A stretch of 64,000 nucleotides of DNA from Deltaproteobacteria bacterium (GTDB lineage: Bacteria > Desulfobacterota > GWC2-55-46). The notes under the pieces were generated by a model that saw nothing but the letters and a program-made list of their open reading frames with translations, was not told the origin of the DNA and did not search any database. The translations under genes and the position numbers were made by a program. Shown piece by piece: positions 1-10,141 of this stretch (position 1 is the first letter of the stretch; every line of letters starts with the position of its first letter). The DNA is taken from positions 200,679 through 264,678 of the forward strand of contig JACRNL010000001.1 in NCBI GenBank assembly GCA_016234935.1. Reading direction: 5' to 3'.

Positions 1-517
1 GTCCGTCCATGCCACTGTGACGTCCACCCTCTTTGCGCCGTCGGACGAAGGGGCTGCAACGCCATTGCCGTCAATGTCTAAATAGGTGACAACGTATGTC
101 CATGTAAAGCGCATCTTGCCGGTGGCCGTGAAGTCCGTCGCGCTCCACTGGACGTCTATTGTGTTTGTCGGGACGCAGTTGAAAGTAGGCGCGGCGCCGG
201 CACAGGCCCTTAAAAGGTCGGTGCGCGCCGTAAGGTTGTCCGTTAACTCAAGGTTGTCGAAAGGCACGCTCCTCAGCGCCTCGAGCCTGTTCTCGGCAAT
301 GTTCACGGCCTGGGTAAGGGCCTGGCTGTAACTTGACGTCTTCAAGGCCGTGCCGGTAAGGGTGGCGATGCCCAATATGCCGACGGCCAATATGGTCATT
401 GCGACGAGGACCTCGACAAGGCTGAAGCCCCTGTTTGCCCAATTTGCAATATCTAACCGCCCTGCCCTTGCGTTTTTCAATTTTTGTCCGGCGTTGTGCC
501 CTGCGGATATTCTCATA
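1..517 (-). CDS. Type IV pilus minor pilin, PilV-like; partial, C-terminus runs off the window
   Basis: Minus-strand frame read by hand gives MRISAGHNAGQKLKNARAGRLDIANWANRGFSLVEVLVAMTILAVGILGIATLTG. The GFSLVE prepilin cleavage/methylation motif is followed by a hydrophobic helix. No stop before position 1, and the ORF is absent from the supplied track. Start could be ATG at 517 or an internal TTG. Confidence 0.55.
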
Positions 518-568
518 ATATGAACAAGCTCCTGATTTTATGGGGCGCGCCATTTAGGATGCCCGGGG

Positions 569-1036
569 CTAACAGCCGGTTACGATGGAAATCCTGCCCA
601 GACTGCCCGTAAACTGTATGCTCATTCTATCCGCGACGTCCCTCGTGTTCGTAAGGCAGATGTTGCCTGGCACGGTTACGGTGCCGTTCGGGTTATAGAC
701 GACCTGAAACGCCCCGGCCGGCGACGTAATGCTGATATTCGACTGTAAAGCCACGGACGTGTGGCCAGGCTCGTTGACCCACGAGGCCGTGTCGAAATAC
801 TTGAGCTGATATGTCGTGCCTGCCACGTCTATCTCATACCTGACGTTTCTCGTGATGGCGTTGGTCCTAGCGGCGTTTATCTCGGTGAAAAGGTCTCTTG
901 CGGAGCGCACAAGCCTCTGATGATCTATCTGTCTCAAGATGCTTGGCACGGCTATGGCGACCATGACGCCTATCAGCGCTATGACTAACAACAATTCAAC
1001 CAACGAGAAGCCCTTATTTTCTTCAAGCATCTTCAT
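569..1036 (-). CDS. Type IV pilin-like protein (GspH/FimT-like pseudopilin)
   Basis: MKMLEENKGFSLVELLLVIALIGVMVAIAVPSI shows a prepilin leader plus FSLVE motif. LVRSARDLFTEINAARTNAI is typical of the GspH/FimT domain. A sigma-54 promoter lies immediately upstream. Confidence 0.7.
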   Translation of the reverse strand: MKMLEENKGFSLVELLLVIALIGVMVAIAVPSILRQIDHQRLVRSARDLFTEINAARTNAITRNVRYEIDVAGTTYQLKYFDTASWVNEPGHTSVALQSNISITSPAGAFQVVYNPNGTVTVPGNICLTNTRDVADRMSIQFTGSLGRISIVTGC

Positions 1037-1062
1037 TGCTTTATTCCTCGAATGTTATTATA

Positions 1063-1079
1063 AGCAATCTACGTGCCAA
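1063..1079 (-). promoter_or_regulatory. Sigma-54 (RpoN) -24/-12 promoter driving the pilin gene
   Basis: The minus strand reads TTGGCACGTAGATTGCT, which is TGGCAC-N5-TTGC with exact GG-N10-GC spacing. It lies about 27 nt upstream of the pilin ATG at 1036, with a GAGGAA Shine-Dalgarno between. A sigma-54 activator gene is adjacent. Confidence 0.6.
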
Positions 1080-1143
1080 TAGTTAACTATCTTATTTTGC
1101 TGTATTCTTAGGAATAGAATAGCACAGTAGCTATGCATTTTTT

Positions 1144-2493
1144 TCATAGTCCGTAACTTTTTATCTTATATAGAAGCGCCCTGTGGCTTATCTCCAGAAG
1201 CTCCGCGGCCTTTGTCCTGTTGTTATTCGTCTTTTCGAGCGCTCTCTTGATAAGCCCCCTTTCAAGCGCATCCTCGGCCTTTTTAATGGAAATCTCCTCG
1301 TCCGCAACAGGAAACGCCGCCTCGCCAAGCCTCTTGTCCATGATTGGCAGGGCATTTTTTCCAATCGTATCGGATTCTTCGAGTATCATGGCCCTTTCAA
1401 TCACGTTTTCAAGTTCGCGGACGTTACCGGGCCAAGTATAGCATAAGATGGCATCAAGGGCTTCATTTGACAGGTTTTTTACCGGTTTTCCGAACTTGCG
1501 GGCGTATTTCCCGATAAAATGCAGCGCCAACGGCTCTATATCAACCGGCCGCCGACGTAAAGGCGGCATTTTTATCTCGATGACATTGAGCCTGTAAAAA
1601 AGGTCTTCCCTGAAGCGGCCTTCTTTTATCTCCTGCCTCAAATCCCTGATGGTTGCGGCCACCACGCGCGCGTCTATTTTTATCGACTTCGTGTCCCCAA
1701 CCCTGCGTATCTCCCTTTCCTGAAGCGCGCGCAGGAGCTTTACCTGAAGATCAACGGGCAGTTCCCCGACCTCGTCTAAGAATATCGTCCCCCTGTCCGC
1801 CTCCTGAAAAAGGCCTGCCTTGTTCCTGTCAGCGCCGGTAAATGCGCCCTTCACATGGCCGAACAGTTCGCTTTCAAGCAGGTCTTCGGGTATCGCCCCG
1901 CAGTTTACGGCCACGAAAGGCTCTAGGGCACGGAGCCCGGAATAGTGTATCGCCCTTGCGGCCAGCTCCTTGCCGGTGCCTGACTCGCCGGTTATGAGCA
2001 CCGTGGTGGAATAATCCGCGACCTTCCTGATAAGGGCCATCTCCTCCTGCATGCGGGCGTCTTTCGTGATGATAGACCTTCCGCCGTATTCGGCCTCTGC
2101 CTCGGCCCTGAGCCTGCGGTTCTCTTTTTTAAGCCTCTCCCTCTCCTCGGCCTTTTTAAGAATAAGTATTATCTCATCCGATTTAAAGGGCTTGGAGATG
2201 TAGTCGTAGGCGCCGAGCTTCATGCACTCAATGGCGGTGTCCATCGAAGCGTAGGCGCTCATCATGATGACCGTCTCATCGCGGCCCTTTGCCTTCAGCT
2301 CCTTTAAGAACCGCATCCCGTCCATGCCCGGCATCTTTATGTCGCAAAGGATGAACGCGAACTCATCGGCCTCAAGCGCGCAAAGGGCCTTTGACGCATC
2401 CGCGAAGGCGGAAGGTTCGTAGCCCTCCCTTTTAAGGATGACCGTAAGCATGTGGCGCATGGACTCTTCGTCGTCGATTATCAATATCCTCAT
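1144..2493 (-). CDS. pilR: Sigma-54-dependent two-component response regulator, NtrC family; PilR-like by context
   Basis: Receiver domain (ILIIDDEESMRHML, a D-D-D-K pattern). AAA+ sigma-54 interaction domain (GESGTGKE, GAFTGA-like loop). C-terminal Fis-type HTH. It sits between a sensor kinase and pilin genes that carry a sigma-54 promoter. Confidence 0.75.
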   Translation of the reverse strand: MRILIIDDEESMRHMLTVILKREGYEPSAFADASKALCALEADEFAFILCDIKMPGMDGMRFLKELKAKGRDETVIMMSAYASMDTAIECMKLGAYDYISKPFKSDEIILILKKAEERERLKKENRRLRAEAEAEYGGRSIITKDARMQEEMALIRKVADYSTTVLITGESGTGKELAARAIHYSGLRALEPFVAVNCGAIPEDLLESELFGHVKGAFTGADRNKAGLFQEADRGTIFLDEVGELPVDLQVKLLRALQEREIRRVGDTKSIKIDARVVAATIRDLRQEIKEGRFREDLFYRLNVIEIKMPPLRRRPVDIEPLALHFIGKYARKFGKPVKNLSNEALDAILCYTWPGNVRELENVIERAMILEESDTIGKNALPIMDKRLGEAAFPVADEEISIKKAEDALERGLIKRALEKTNNNRTKAAELLEISHRALLYKIKSYGL

Positions 2494-2496
2494 TCT

Positions 2497-4167
2497 CTAA
2501 GCGCTCCATGAAGGCAGTCTTACGGTAAAGACCGTGCCTTCGCCCATGGCCGTTTTAAACGTTATCTCGCCGCCGTAAGTCTTTATGATGCCCTGCGAAA
2601 CGAAAAGACCCAGCCCCGTGCCCTTTCCGACATCCTTCGTGGTGAAAAAGGGGTTGAATATCTTCTCCGCGTCTCCCTCGCTTATGCCGGGGCCGTGGTC
2701 GGTAAATCTTATAAAGACAAACTCCCTCTGAGAGGGTTCAACCCTTGCAAACGCGCCATCCGCCTCACGGCCTGACGGCGTGTCCGTAATTCTTCTCTGG
2801 AGCCGGGCCGAATCAACCGGTTCTTTTTGCACCCCCTGAGGGGGTTCAACCCCTGTTTCAACGGTTATTCCAGCGGACGAGCCCATGCCTGACATGGCCT
2901 GAGCCGCGTTAAGGAGGAGGTTGATAAAGACCTGTCTTAACTTGCCCTCGTCTATAAACACGGGCGGCATCCCGCCTTGCAGAATCATATCCACCTTGAC
3001 CGCCTTGAATGCCTTGTGCATTTCAAGCCCGGCGACCGTATCATTCAAAAGGGCATTGACGTCAACGGCCGCGGCAGCCTTCGCCGAGGGCCTTGCAAGC
3101 TCAAGGAATTCCCTTACGATGGAGTCTATCCGCCCGGCCTCCGTTATCATCCTTCTGATTATATCCCTTTCCCCCTGAGGGGGCTCGGCCCCGTCTTTGT
3201 CCGCGCCGCCTTTTTCCAATATGTCAAGATAGCCCCGGAGCGCGCCCAGCGGGTTTCCAATCTCATGCGCTATGCCGGCGGACAGAGAACCCATTGCCGC
3301 GAGCGTCCTTGACCGCAGGAGTTCATCCTCCGCGTTCACGAGGTCAAGGTTCGCCCTTTCAAGCCTCTTTATCTCCGTCTCCACGCGCCCCGCCATCCTG
3401 TTGAAAGAGGCCGCGAGAGAGCCGACTTCATTTTCGACCGCCACGTCCGCCCTTTGAAAGGGTTCAACCCTCTCGCCAAGCGCGCCTCCAGCGATGCGCG
3501 TTGCCGCGTCATCCAGTTTTTTAATGGGGTTTATTATCGCTTTGGAAAGGAAATAAAAACCGATGGCGATTATGATGACCGAGTCCAGAAGCGCGTAGGC
3601 TATGACAAACCGCTTGACCAGGGCGAGGTCCTGGTTTACGTCCGCAAGCGGCACGTCGAAATCAACGTTGCCGTTTTTTTGCGAAAACGTATCCAGCGAA
3701 GCCGTCACGCGGAGCGCCTCGCCGGCGCCGCCTGAAAACCATCCGCCGCCGATCCTGCGAATCTTCACGCCTTGCGAGAAAAAGAGCTGCTCGGCCGCGT
3801 CCGTTTGAAAAGGCTGAACCCTTTGAAAGGGTTCAGCCTTTTTCACGGAGAAGCCTTCATTCAAAAGCTCCCTGCCGGACGCGTCCGTAAACCTGAATGC
3901 GTTTATGCCGGCCTGTTTGAGCGCTTCGGCGGCAAGGGCCGCCTTTCTTAAGGCGTCCTCTTTTGTCTGCCCGGCAGCGGGAAAACGCGCGAAGATAAAC
4001 CTTACAAACCTTACCGTATTCTCAGCCTCGCTTATCTTCCAGTTGACGCTCCTCATCTCGACGATCTTCACGCTCAAAAGCCCTATGAGACCGATACCTG
4101 CCAACGTCGTCAGGATTATCCCAGCGCCGAGCTGAGAGCGTATGCCGAGGGTAAACTTCATTGTCAA
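2497..4167 (-). CDS. Sensor histidine kinase, periplasmic-sensing, cognate to the sigma-54 activator; PilS-like by position
   Basis: Two transmembrane segments flank a periplasmic domain of about 150 aa. HAMP domain, HisKA H-box (HEIGNPL), HATPase_c G-boxes (DHGPGI, GTGLGL). A 4-bp gap separates it from the response-regulator gene. It carries four in-frame copies of repeat family A. Confidence 0.75.
   Translation of the reverse strand: MTMKFTLGIRSQLGAGIILTTLAGIGLIGLLSVKIVEMRSVNWKISEAENTVRFVRFIFARFPAAGQTKEDALRKAALAAEALKQAGINAFRFTDASGRELLNEGFSVKKAEPFQRVQPFQTDAAEQLFFSQGVKIRRIGGGWFSGGAGEALRVTASLDTFSQKNGNVDFDVPLADVNQDLALVKRFVIAYALLDSVIIIAIGFYFLSKAIINPIKKLDDAATRIAGGALGERVEPFQRADVAVENEVGSLAASFNRMAGRVETEIKRLERANLDLVNAEDELLRSRTLAAMGSLSAGIAHEIGNPLGALRGYLDILEKGGADKDGAEPPQGERDIIRRMITEAGRIDSIVREFLELARPSAKAAAAVDVNALLNDTVAGLEMHKAFKAVKVDMILQGGMPPVFIDEGKLRQVFINLLLNAAQAMSGMGSSAGITVETGVEPPQGVQKEPVDSARLQRRITDTPSGREADGAFARVEPSQREFVFIRFTDHGPGISEGDAEKIFNPFFTTKDVGKGTGLGLFVSQGIIKTYGGEITFKTAMGEGTVFTVRLPSWSA
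2832..2853. repeat. Repeat family A unit (CCCCCTGAGGGGGTTCAACCCC), representative copy inside the sensor kinase
   Basis: Near-palindromic. Related copies at 3171, 3451, 3812, 5078, 5296, 5510, 6690, 6870-6930, 11329-11371, 14170, 16913-16988, 26938, 33441, 34681-34716, 35310-35360, 43555, 47228-47264 and 54630-54690. Confidence 0.85.
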
Positions 4168-4260
4168 ACCTGATTTTGTTTATCGGTTAAAAAATCGGCG
4201 GTTTATATATTGTCATTCCCGCTTAAGGACTGCTGGAATGACAACATAATAAAATCCCAT

Positions 4261-5040
4261 TCACTCGCCCGCCGCTTTCATCAGATACCACCTTATCAAC
4301 TCATCGCCGTAGAACAGATGAAGAAACGCGCCGAAAGCCAGAAACGGACCGAACGGCAGGGCGTATTTACTGTTCTTTCCGGTTATGAGCATAACCGCCG
4401 CGCCGATGACCGCGCCGATAAAAGACCCTGTAAGGACTGTGACGATTACAGCCCTCCAGCCAAGGAACGCGCCGATCATGGCAAGGAGTTTTATATCCCC
4501 TCCGCCCATGCCCTCCCTGCCCGTCATGTAATAATAGGCCGCCGCAACCGCAAGGAGAAAACCACCGCCAACGGCCATGCCGATAAGAGAGCTTGCCACG
4601 CCCGGAGCAACCATGAAAAAAGACAGTATGACGCCAAGGATAATTCCCGGAATACTTATTACGTCCGGTATCATCTTCAGCCTCAAGTCAATAAACGTTA
4701 TTACAATAAGCGCGGCGGAAAAGACAAACATGGCAAACAGCTCGCGCGACAGGCCGAACTTAACAAACAGGGCAACCGCGATAACCCCTGTGAGCGCCTC
4801 GACAAAAGGATACTGCACAGAAAGTTTGACCTTGCAAAACGCGCACCTGCCGCCGAGGAATATATAGCCGAATATGGGTATGTTGTAGTAAAACGGCACA
4901 AGCCTGCCGCACCCCTGGCACCTCGACGGCGGCGAGACAATAGAAATGCCCTCAGGTATGCGGTATATGCACACATTCAGAAAACTCCCCACAACCGCTC
5001 CAAAGAGAAACGGGATTATGTATATTATCCGGTCGATCAA
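4261..5040 (-). CDS. pilD: Prepilin leader peptidase / N-methyltransferase (A24 family)
   Basis: N-terminus GSFLNVCIYRIP and a CQGCGRL zinc tetracysteine motif. Multi-pass membrane protein, about 259 aa. Confidence 0.85.
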   Translation of the reverse strand: MIDRIIYIIPFLFGAVVGSFLNVCIYRIPEGISIVSPPSRCQGCGRLVPFYYNIPIFGYIFLGGRCAFCKVKLSVQYPFVEALTGVIAVALFVKFGLSRELFAMFVFSAALIVITFIDLRLKMIPDVISIPGIILGVILSFFMVAPGVASSLIGMAVGGGFLLAVAAAYYYMTGREGMGGGDIKLLAMIGAFLGWRAVIVTVLTGSFIGAVIGAAVMLITGKNSKYALPFGPFLAFGAFLHLFYGDELIRWYLMKAAGE

Positions 5041-5359
5041 AAAAACCCCTTAAATCTTCCCCCCCTTACATTCGCTCCCCCCTTTGGAAAAGGGGGCTAA
5101 GGGGGTCAAGCCCCTTCAAGGGGATTTTATAATGGTGCATCTCACCGCATTCCTGCAAACTCCGGCGCCCTTTCAAATCCTCCCTGCCCTTGTATGTTAG
5201 ACTGTGCCATATTGCGTAATTTTTAAATCCTTTTTTCTCCTCTCCCCTCGCGGGAGAGGGTCGGGTGAGGGGGCCGAGCCCCTTCAAGGGGCAACTTTCA
5301 CCCCCACCCTGCCCTCCCCCATCAAGGGGGAGGAGATAAGGAAGTGGTCATCAACCTGC

Positions 5360-5435
5360 CCTCCCCCGCACCACTCGCCTGCACGGTTGTTTGCGCTAAA
5401 TGATGTATTTGTGATGGCGAGTGGTGCGGGGGAGG
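5360..5435. repeat. Long perfect hairpin (20-bp stem, 36-nt loop)
   Basis: cctcccccgcaccactcgcc ... ggcgagtggtgcgggggagg, intergenic between pilD and argJ. Confidence 0.6.
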
Positions 5436-5571
5436 AATAAAAAAAATTGCATAACCGCGCCCGCCTCATCTCATAACTTCGAATTCCTTTACCTGCAAGC
5501 AACCCTCTTGCGGGTTCAAGTTGCAAACTTGAACCCGCACTCTGAAAGAACGTGTGCCGATAAAACACCAT

Positions 5572-6798
5572 CTACGTCCTGTATGCCGAATTTATCTTCA
5601 CATACTCGTAGGTAAGGTCGGTTGTCCAGAATCTCCACGCGGCCTTACCTATGCCGAGGTTGACGGTCATGTTGACCTCTTTTTCTTTCATGACCTTGGC
5701 CGCCTCTTTTTCCTTGCCTGTGTCAAGGCCGCGGCGGGCGACGGGCACGCCGTTAAACGTTATGTCAACCCTGTCTTCCTTCATCCGTATGCCAGCCCTT
5801 CCGAGGGCGGCGATTATCCTGCCACAATTCGGGTCTGCGCCGAAAAAGGCGGTCTTGACGAGCATGGAGGTCGCGATGGTCTTTGCGGCTTTTTTAGCGT
5901 CGCTTATTGTGGCCGCGCCTTTTATGTCTATCTCGATGAACCGCGTGGCGCCCTCGCCGTCTTTCACTATCAGATGGGCAAGCTTTAAAGCGACCTCGCT
6001 TAACATTTTACAAAAGACCTTGTAATCGGCTGTTCCTGATTTTATCTCACGCCCCTTGGCTGCGCCGTTGGCAAAAATCAAAACCGTGTCATTCGTGGAT
6101 GTGTCGTTGTCAACGGCGATGGAATTAAAGGACTTGTCAACGGCTTCCTTCAAGGCCTTTCTCAAGGCCGGATGCTTTATATTCGCGTCCGTCATGATGA
6201 ACGAAAGCATCGTGGCCATGTCCGGGCATATCATCCCAGCGCCTTTGGCGATGCCCGCGACGGTGACGATCTTCCCGCCGATGCGCCCTCTGGCCGTCGC
6301 GGTCTTTTGAAATGCGTCCGTGGTCATTATCGCGCGGGCCGCGTCCGTCAGGCCCAGGCTGCTGAGACCGCGTATAAGCCCCGGCGCTCCGGCCTCTATC
6401 TTTTCAATGGCGGGCATGACGCCGATAACGCCTGTGGAGGCAACGAGTATCTCGCCGCTTTTCAGCCCCAGTCCCTTTTCAATTGCCGAGGCCATGCGGA
6501 GCGCGCTCAAAAACCCGGCCCTGCCCGCGCTTACGTTGGCGTTGCCGCTGTTCACGATAACGCCGCGTGACACGCCCTTTTTCACCCGCTTGATATCAAG
6601 AAGCACGGGAGCGGCCTTGACCTTGTTTTTAGTGAACACCCCGGCGACCGCGGCTTTTGTATCGCTGATGATAAGCGCAAGGTCCAATGCCCCCTGAGGG
6701 GGTTCAACCCCTGTCTTTTTCAGCCCGCAAGCCACCCCGGCGGCCCTGAAACCGGGAACCATCAAATGATGCCTGTTTTTAGCGGTTTTTATCGGCAT
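5572..6798 (-). CDS. argJ: Bifunctional glutamate N-acetyltransferase / amino-acid acetyltransferase ArgJ
   Basis: MPIKTAKN...AAGVACGLKK...ATMLSFIMTDA...YVKINSAYRT, the ArgJ family with the self-cleavage region ATML. Start placed at the internal ATG. The 45-codon upstream extension in the track is repeat-derived. It contains an in-frame VEPPQG insertion. Confidence 0.85.
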   Translation of the reverse strand: MPIKTAKNRHHLMVPGFRAAGVACGLKKTGVEPPQGALDLALIISDTKAAVAGVFTKNKVKAAPVLLDIKRVKKGVSRGVIVNSGNANVSAGRAGFLSALRMASAIEKGLGLKSGEILVASTGVIGVMPAIEKIEAGAPGLIRGLSSLGLTDAARAIMTTDAFQKTATARGRIGGKIVTVAGIAKGAGMICPDMATMLSFIMTDANIKHPALRKALKEAVDKSFNSIAVDNDTSTNDTVLIFANGAAKGREIKSGTADYKVFCKMLSEVALKLAHLIVKDGEGATRFIEIDIKGAATISDAKKAAKTIATSMLVKTAFFGADPNCGRIIAALGRAGIRMKEDRVDITFNGVPVARRGLDTGKEKEAAKVMKEKEVNMTVNLGIGKAAWRFWTTDLTYEYVKINSAYRT

Positions 6799-6869
6799 AT
6801 CATCTTCCTGAATGGAATTTACCGGAAAGGAATGGAGATGAATCCTGGGGGAACTTTCTGAAGAATGTT

Positions 6870-6930
6870 CCCCCTGAGAGGGTTCATCCCATTGAAGGGG
6901 CTCAGCCCCTTGAAGGGGTTCAACCCCCAA
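6870..6930. repeat. Compound repeat family A cluster upstream of argJ
   Basis: ccccctgagagggttcatcccattgaaggggctcagccccttgaaggggttcaaccccc. Confidence 0.8.
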
Positions 6931-7065
6931 CATCCCCTCAAAGACTTTAAAATTTTTTAAAGAGAGTCTGAGAGAACGCCTGCGGTGGGCAAAGCCAAAG
7001 GTTGTATTTTGACTTTAGCCGTGCGCGGCGCCTTTTTTTCAAAAAAGCTTCTCTCAAGAATCCGC

Positions 7066-9789
7066 TTACTGCCCCGCGCCGCAGCATTTCTTGTATTTCT
7101 TGCCGCTGCCGCAGGGGCACAGGTCGTTTCTGCCTATCTTGCCGCCGACCCTTGTGACCGGCTCTTGCCTGTCATCTTCTTCTTCGCCCTCTTCATCCGC
7201 GTTTTCCAGTTCGCCGCGGCCGTATTCGATTTCAGGCTCTTCATGCCGCGCGAGCTCTTCCACGGCCTCTTCCGCGTCCTCTCTTTTTATCTGAACCTTG
7301 AAAAGCCTTTCGACCACGTCGGATTTAAGCCTGAATATCATATCAACGAATAGGTCGAAGCCTTCCCTCTTGTATTCCTGCAAGGGGTCTTTCTGGCCGT
7401 AACCGCGCAGCCCTATCCCGCCCTTCAGGTGGTCCATGGAAAGAAGATGGTCCTTCCATAAGTTGTCAACCGTGTTGAGCATGATTATCTTCTCGAACTG
7501 CGCAAATATCTCGTCACCCACGGTGGATATCTTCGACGCATATGAGTTCCACGCCTTTAAGGCGATTGCATCCGCCAGGGCGTCTCTCGCGGCCACGCCG
7601 CCGATATCTTCCTTCCCGATGCCGGTGCCGAACTGCTTTACGGAGGCGTCATTTACGGCCTTTAAGTCCCAATCATCAGGGCCGGCCTTTTCTTCGACGT
7701 GAATGTTCACGACGTCTTTGGCCATCTCGTCGGCGAACTCTTTGACCATGTCGCGAAGCCCTGTCTGAGAGAGTATCTGTCTGCGGTAGCCGTAGACAAC
7801 CCCCCTTTGCTGGTTCATGACGTCGTCGTATTCAAGCAGGTGCTTTCTTATGTCGAAGTTGTGCGCCTCTACCTTTTTCTGGGCGTTCTCTATGGCCCTG
7901 GAGACGAGGGTGTGCTCAATCGGCTCGTCCTCCTTCATGCCGATCCTGTCCATGATGCCGGCGATACGCTCGCTGCCGAATATCCTCAGGAGGTCGTCTT
8001 CAAGGGCGAGATAAAACCTCGACGAGCCCGGGTCGCCCTGCCTGCCGGAGCGGCCGCGCAGCTGATTGTCTATGCGCCTTGACTCATGGCGTTCCGTGCC
8101 GAGGATATGCAGGCCGCCGGCTTCAAGCACCTTTTTCTTCTCTGCCTCGCACTGCTCCCTGGCGGCCTTGTAGGCGGCCTTATACTCGTCGGTCGAATCA
8201 TCCTTGCCTGCGGACGCCGCCGCCATGAACTCCGGGTTTCCCCCAAGGATAATGTCCGTGCCCCTTCCGGCCATGCTGGTTGATATCGTTATAGCTCCAA
8301 GGCGCCCCGCCTGCGCTACTATCTCGGCCTCCCTCTCATGCTGTTTGGCATTAAGGACGTGGTGCTTCATGTTGTGGCCTGCAAGAAGTTTTGAAAGTTT
8401 TTCCGAATCGTCTATCGAAATGGTGCCCACAAGCACGGGCCTGCCCTTTTGAGACAGCTCTTTAATCTCGTTGATGACGGCCTTGAACTTTTCCTTCTTG
8501 GTCTTGTAGATGAGGTCTGAGTTGTCCTTCCTTATCATAGGTTTGTTCGTAGGCACGACGATGACCTCAAGTTTATATATCTCGTTAAACTCCGATGCCT
8601 CGGTGTCCGCCGTTCCGGTCATGCCGGAGAGCTTATCGTACATCCTGAAGTAATTCTGGAAGGTGATGGTCGCCAGCGTCTGGTTCTCGTTCTCTATCTT
8701 CACCTTCTCCTTGGCCTCCACCGCCTGATGAAGGCCGTCGCTCCAGCGCCTGCCGGCCATGAGGCGTCCGGTGAACTCGTCGACTATGACGACGCCGCCG
8801 TCCTTGACAACATAATCAACGTCCCTTTTAAACAGGACGTGCGCGCGCAGAGCCTGGTTCACGTGATGGAGCGTTTCTATATTCAAAGGGTCGTAGAGAT
8901 TTTCAATGTCAAGGAGTTTTTCTACCTTGATGACGCCCTCTTCGGTCAGGATGGACTGCTTGGCCTTCTCGTCGATCGTATAATGTGCGTCTTTTTGAAG
9001 GCCGGGGATTATCCTGTCTATGAGGTAATATTTATCCGTGGACTCCTCGGTCGGCCCGGAGATGATAAGCGGCGTTCTGGCCTCATCAATAAGGATGGAG
9101 TCCACCTCGTCAACGATGGCGAAGTGCAGGTCTCTCTGGACGTATTCCTCAAGGGAGAACTTCATGTTGTCGCGCAGATAGTCGAAACCGTATTCGTTAT
9201 TGGTGCCGTAGGTGATGTCGGCGTTATACGCCTCATTGCGCCCGACGGGGCGCAGGTGCAGGTAGCTCTTCGCGTCGCCCGTGTAATGCGGGTCATAAAT
9301 AAAGCTCGCCTCATGCTGTATTACGCCGACAGACAGCCCCAGGGCATGATAAACCTTGCCCATCCACGTGGCGTCCCTCCTGGCCAGATAGTCGTTCACC
9401 GTTATGAGGTGAGCCCCCCTTCCGGTGAGCGCGTTCAGGTAAAGCGGGAGCGTGGCCATGAGGGTCTTTCCCTCGCCGGTCTTCATCTCCGCTATGTTGC
9501 CTTCATGAAGGACTATGCCGCCGACCATCTGCACGTCGAAGTGGCGCATGCCGAGATGCCTTTTTGCCGCCTCCCTCACAACGGCAAATGCCTCGGGCAG
9601 GATGTCATCGAGGCCCTTGCCGCCTGCGACCGACTCCCTAAACCCCTTTGTGAGCGCCTTAAAACCCTCGTCTGGAACCGACTGCATCTTCGGCTCAAGC
9701 GAATTGATCTTCTCTACCAGCGGCATCATGCGTTTGATATCGCGCTCATTCTTGCTGCCGAACACCTTTTTCAGAAGAAAATTTAACAT
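7066..9789 (-). CDS. secA: Preprotein translocase ATPase SecA
   Basis: [21 protein letters not shown]-terminus, DEAD-like motor and C-terminal zinc finger [14 protein letters not shown]. Start trimmed by 15 codons to the canonical N-terminus. Confidence 0.95.
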   Translation of the reverse strand: MLNFLLKKVFGSKNERDIKRMMPLVEKINSLEPKMQSVPDEGFKALTKGFRESVAGGKGLDDILPEAFAVVREAAKRHLGMRHFDVQMVGGIVLHEGNIAEMKTGEGKTLMATLPLYLNALTGRGAHLITVNDYLARRDATWMGKVYHALGLSVGVIQHEASFIYDPHYTGDAKSYLHLRPVGRNEAYNADITYGTNNEYGFDYLRDNMKFSLEEYVQRDLHFAIVDEVDSILIDEARTPLIISGPTEESTDKYYLIDRIIPGLQKDAHYTIDEKAKQSILTEEGVIKVEKLLDIENLYDPLNIETLHHVNQALRAHVLFKRDVDYVVKDGGVVIVDEFTGRLMAGRRWSDGLHQAVEAKEKVKIENENQTLATITFQNYFRMYDKLSGMTGTADTEASEFNEIYKLEVIVVPTNKPMIRKDNSDLIYKTKKEKFKAVINEIKELSQKGRPVLVGTISIDDSEKLSKLLAGHNMKHHVLNAKQHEREAEIVAQAGRLGAITISTSMAGRGTDIILGGNPEFMAAASAGKDDSTDEYKAAYKAAREQCEAEKKKVLEAGGLHILGTERHESRRIDNQLRGRSGRQGDPGSSRFYLALEDDLLRIFGSERIAGIMDRIGMKEDEPIEHTLVSRAIENAQKKVEAHNFDIRKHLLEYDDVMNQQRGVVYGYRRQILSQTGLRDMVKEFADEMAKDVVNIHVEEKAGPDDWDLKAVNDASVKQFGTGIGKEDIGGVAARDALADAIALKAWNSYASKISTVGDEIFAQFEKIIMLNTVDNLWKDHLLSMDHLKGGIGLRGYGQKDPLQEYKREGFDLFVDMIFRLKSDVVERLFKVQIKREDAEEAVEELARHEEPEIEYGRGELENADEEGEEEDDRQEPVTRVGGKIGRNDLCPCGSGKKYKKCCGAGQ

Positions 9790-10141
9790 TGCCCACCGGT
9801 TCGTTTTTTTAAAGCCGCATTGACGCGCGCTCAAAATAGCGGCGCGCTCAAAAAGGCCCGGAATTCATGCCCTGCCAAATAAAAAATACTAACATAATCC
9901 TGCAAACTTTTCCACCCGCCTTTTTTTAAAAAAGACGGGATAGGAAAAATCAGCTTCCTTTCATTCCCCGCGAGGATATGGGCCGCGCGCCGCGTGCGCC
10001 CATGTCAAATAAAAAAAGCCCGGACCGCTTTTCCAGGGATGGCCTCTTGAGGAAGAGGCCGTCTCTGACGGCAGGGCTTTCAGTTCGATTATCAGACTGC
10101 TGAAAAAGCTCCATCCAAGGCGTAGCGGCCCGTAAAAAATC

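Noticed and set aside
4210-5100. 296-aa plus-strand ORF antisense to pilD
   Set aside because: Highly basic, low-complexity translation (R/K/H-rich) lying exactly opposite a well-supported PilD ORF. This is a typical GC-rich antisense artefact.
6808-6850. Possible ArgR box (TGAATGGAATTTACC / GGAATGGAGATGAATCC) upstream of argJ
   Set aside because: Only loose resemblance to the ARG box consensus TNTGAATWWWWATTCANW. No second matching site near argB or argG.
6798-6933. N-terminal 45-codon extension of argJ (also recN +34, nusA +23, nrnA +34, secA +15)
   Set aside because: The extensions are built from repeat elements or lack homology. Internal ATGs reproduce the canonical family N-termini.
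8728-9786. 352-aa plus-strand ORF antisense to secA
   Set aside because: No recognisable domain, and it lies entirely inside the strongly supported secA gene.
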